From: Macrostomum hystrix
Taxonomy: Eukaryota; Animalia; Platyhelminthes
Length of the DNA stretch: 64,000 bases
Assembly: GCA_950097015.1 (NCBI GenBank)
Contig: CATNEN010000002.1
Location: forward strand, 7,440,001-7,504,000
Direction: 5' to 3'
In this document: one piece after another, positions 63,379-64,000 of the stretch
Position numbering within the stretch: position 1 is the stretch's first letter
How the letters are laid out: each line of letters starts with the position of its first letter
Made by a program: the position numbers and the translations under genes
Notes under the pieces: model-generated
What the model was told of the DNA's origin: nothing
Database searches by the model: none
What the model saw: the letters and a program-made list of their open reading frames with translations, nothing else

Positions 63379-63443
63379 TGCTTATTTAGTTATGCCAATG
63401 CATTTCGACCTAACAGGTCATCTTCAGGGCTTTAACAAATAGC
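63379..63443 (-). ncRNA. Type I minimal hammerhead ribozyme motif (Penelope-like element type), minus-strand copy
   Basis: Reads GCUAUUUGUUAAAGCC-CUGAAGA-U-GACCU-GUU-AGGUC-GAAA-UGCA-UU-GGCAUAACUAAAUAAGC; stem I GCC/GGC then GUUA/UAAC and further pairing. Confidence 0.7.
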
Positions 63444-63560
63444 AGAGAGTCACACACAGCCAAATATATTTAGATGAACAAAACTGTACAATTCTGAGTG
63501 AGCATTTCAATCCAGTCCAGTTTTGTTCATCTAAATATATTTGGCTGTGTGTGACTCTCT

Positions 63561-63625
63561 GCTATTTGTTAAAGCCCTGAAGATGACCTGTTAGGTCGAA
63601 ATGCATCAGCATAACTAAATAAACA
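63561..63625 (+). ncRNA. Type I minimal hammerhead ribozyme motif (Penelope-like element type), plus-strand copy
   Basis: CUGAAGA (63577-63583), extra U, stem II GACCU-GUU-AGGUC, GAAA (63598-63601), UGCA palindromic loop, UC (63606-63607); stem I has a C-A mismatch at the first pair. Confidence 0.65.
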
Positions 63626-64000
63626 ACTATGTTTTGCTTTTTAAATAATTTCTCAGATAGTAATTTCATTTTTATAGGCTATATACCTTTACAAATAAAT
63701 TATCTGGTAAAGTACATATATATGAGAATAGGTCATTCCAAATAAACAAGATAGATTAGGGAAATGAATAAAGCATCGAGACTACAAATACTATTTACTA
63801 AATGTCTTAATCTTTTCTGTAATAGAGCTATATATGAATAAGAAATATATTGATGCCAACATTTTGTGCTTTCTCAGCCTCTCAACATTTCACTTCTTTT
63901 AGTTATAATTTTTTTTATTTAAATTTGCTTGTCCCTATTAAATATTAAAACAAAATCTGAATTACTCAAATCAAAGTAAAAACACCAAAAATAGCCTAAA

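Larger units (their letters stand above)
63375..63629. repeat. Long inverted repeat: 112-bp arms (63375-63486 / 63518-63629), 31-nt spacer
   Basis: Inner 89 bp (63398-63486 vs 63518-63606) are perfectly complementary; the outer 23 bp have 3 mismatches. Confidence 0.97.

Overview
Eukaryotic (metazoan) genomic DNA with GC-rich spliced exons and introns packed with about 27 distinct minisatellite arrays (roughly a quarter of the window). This style suggests a free-living flatworm such as Macrostomum, which is an inference only. By hand-tracing splice sites and reading frames I reconstruct five genes. (1) CASK on the minus strand, 13 exons, 361-28655, 3' end outside the window. (2) A complete classical calpain, minus, 7 coding exons, 33317-38140, about 701 aa. 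(3) A complete miRNA-class Argonaute with an intact DEDH tetrad, plus, 7 coding exons, 41230-47342, about 911 aa. (4) A glycogen-targeting PP1 subunit (PPP1R3/CBM21), plus, 3 exons, 55876-57752, about 409 aa. (5) The last four exons of an unidentified minus-strand gene, 59864-63149, with a coding 39-bp repeat. A weak candidate extracellular-protein gene lies at about 30.1-32.1 kb. Mobile DNA comprises two tRNA-headed SINE families nested in each other in both directions and several LINE remnants. The most unusual signals are a 112-bp-arm intronic palindrome (63375-63629) whose arms each carry a Penelope-type minimal hammerhead ribozyme core, and sharply bounded CpG-depleted ~2-kb domains next to CpG-retaining putative promoters. 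Exon coordinates, counts and repeat boundaries were derived by eye; array ends are approximate.
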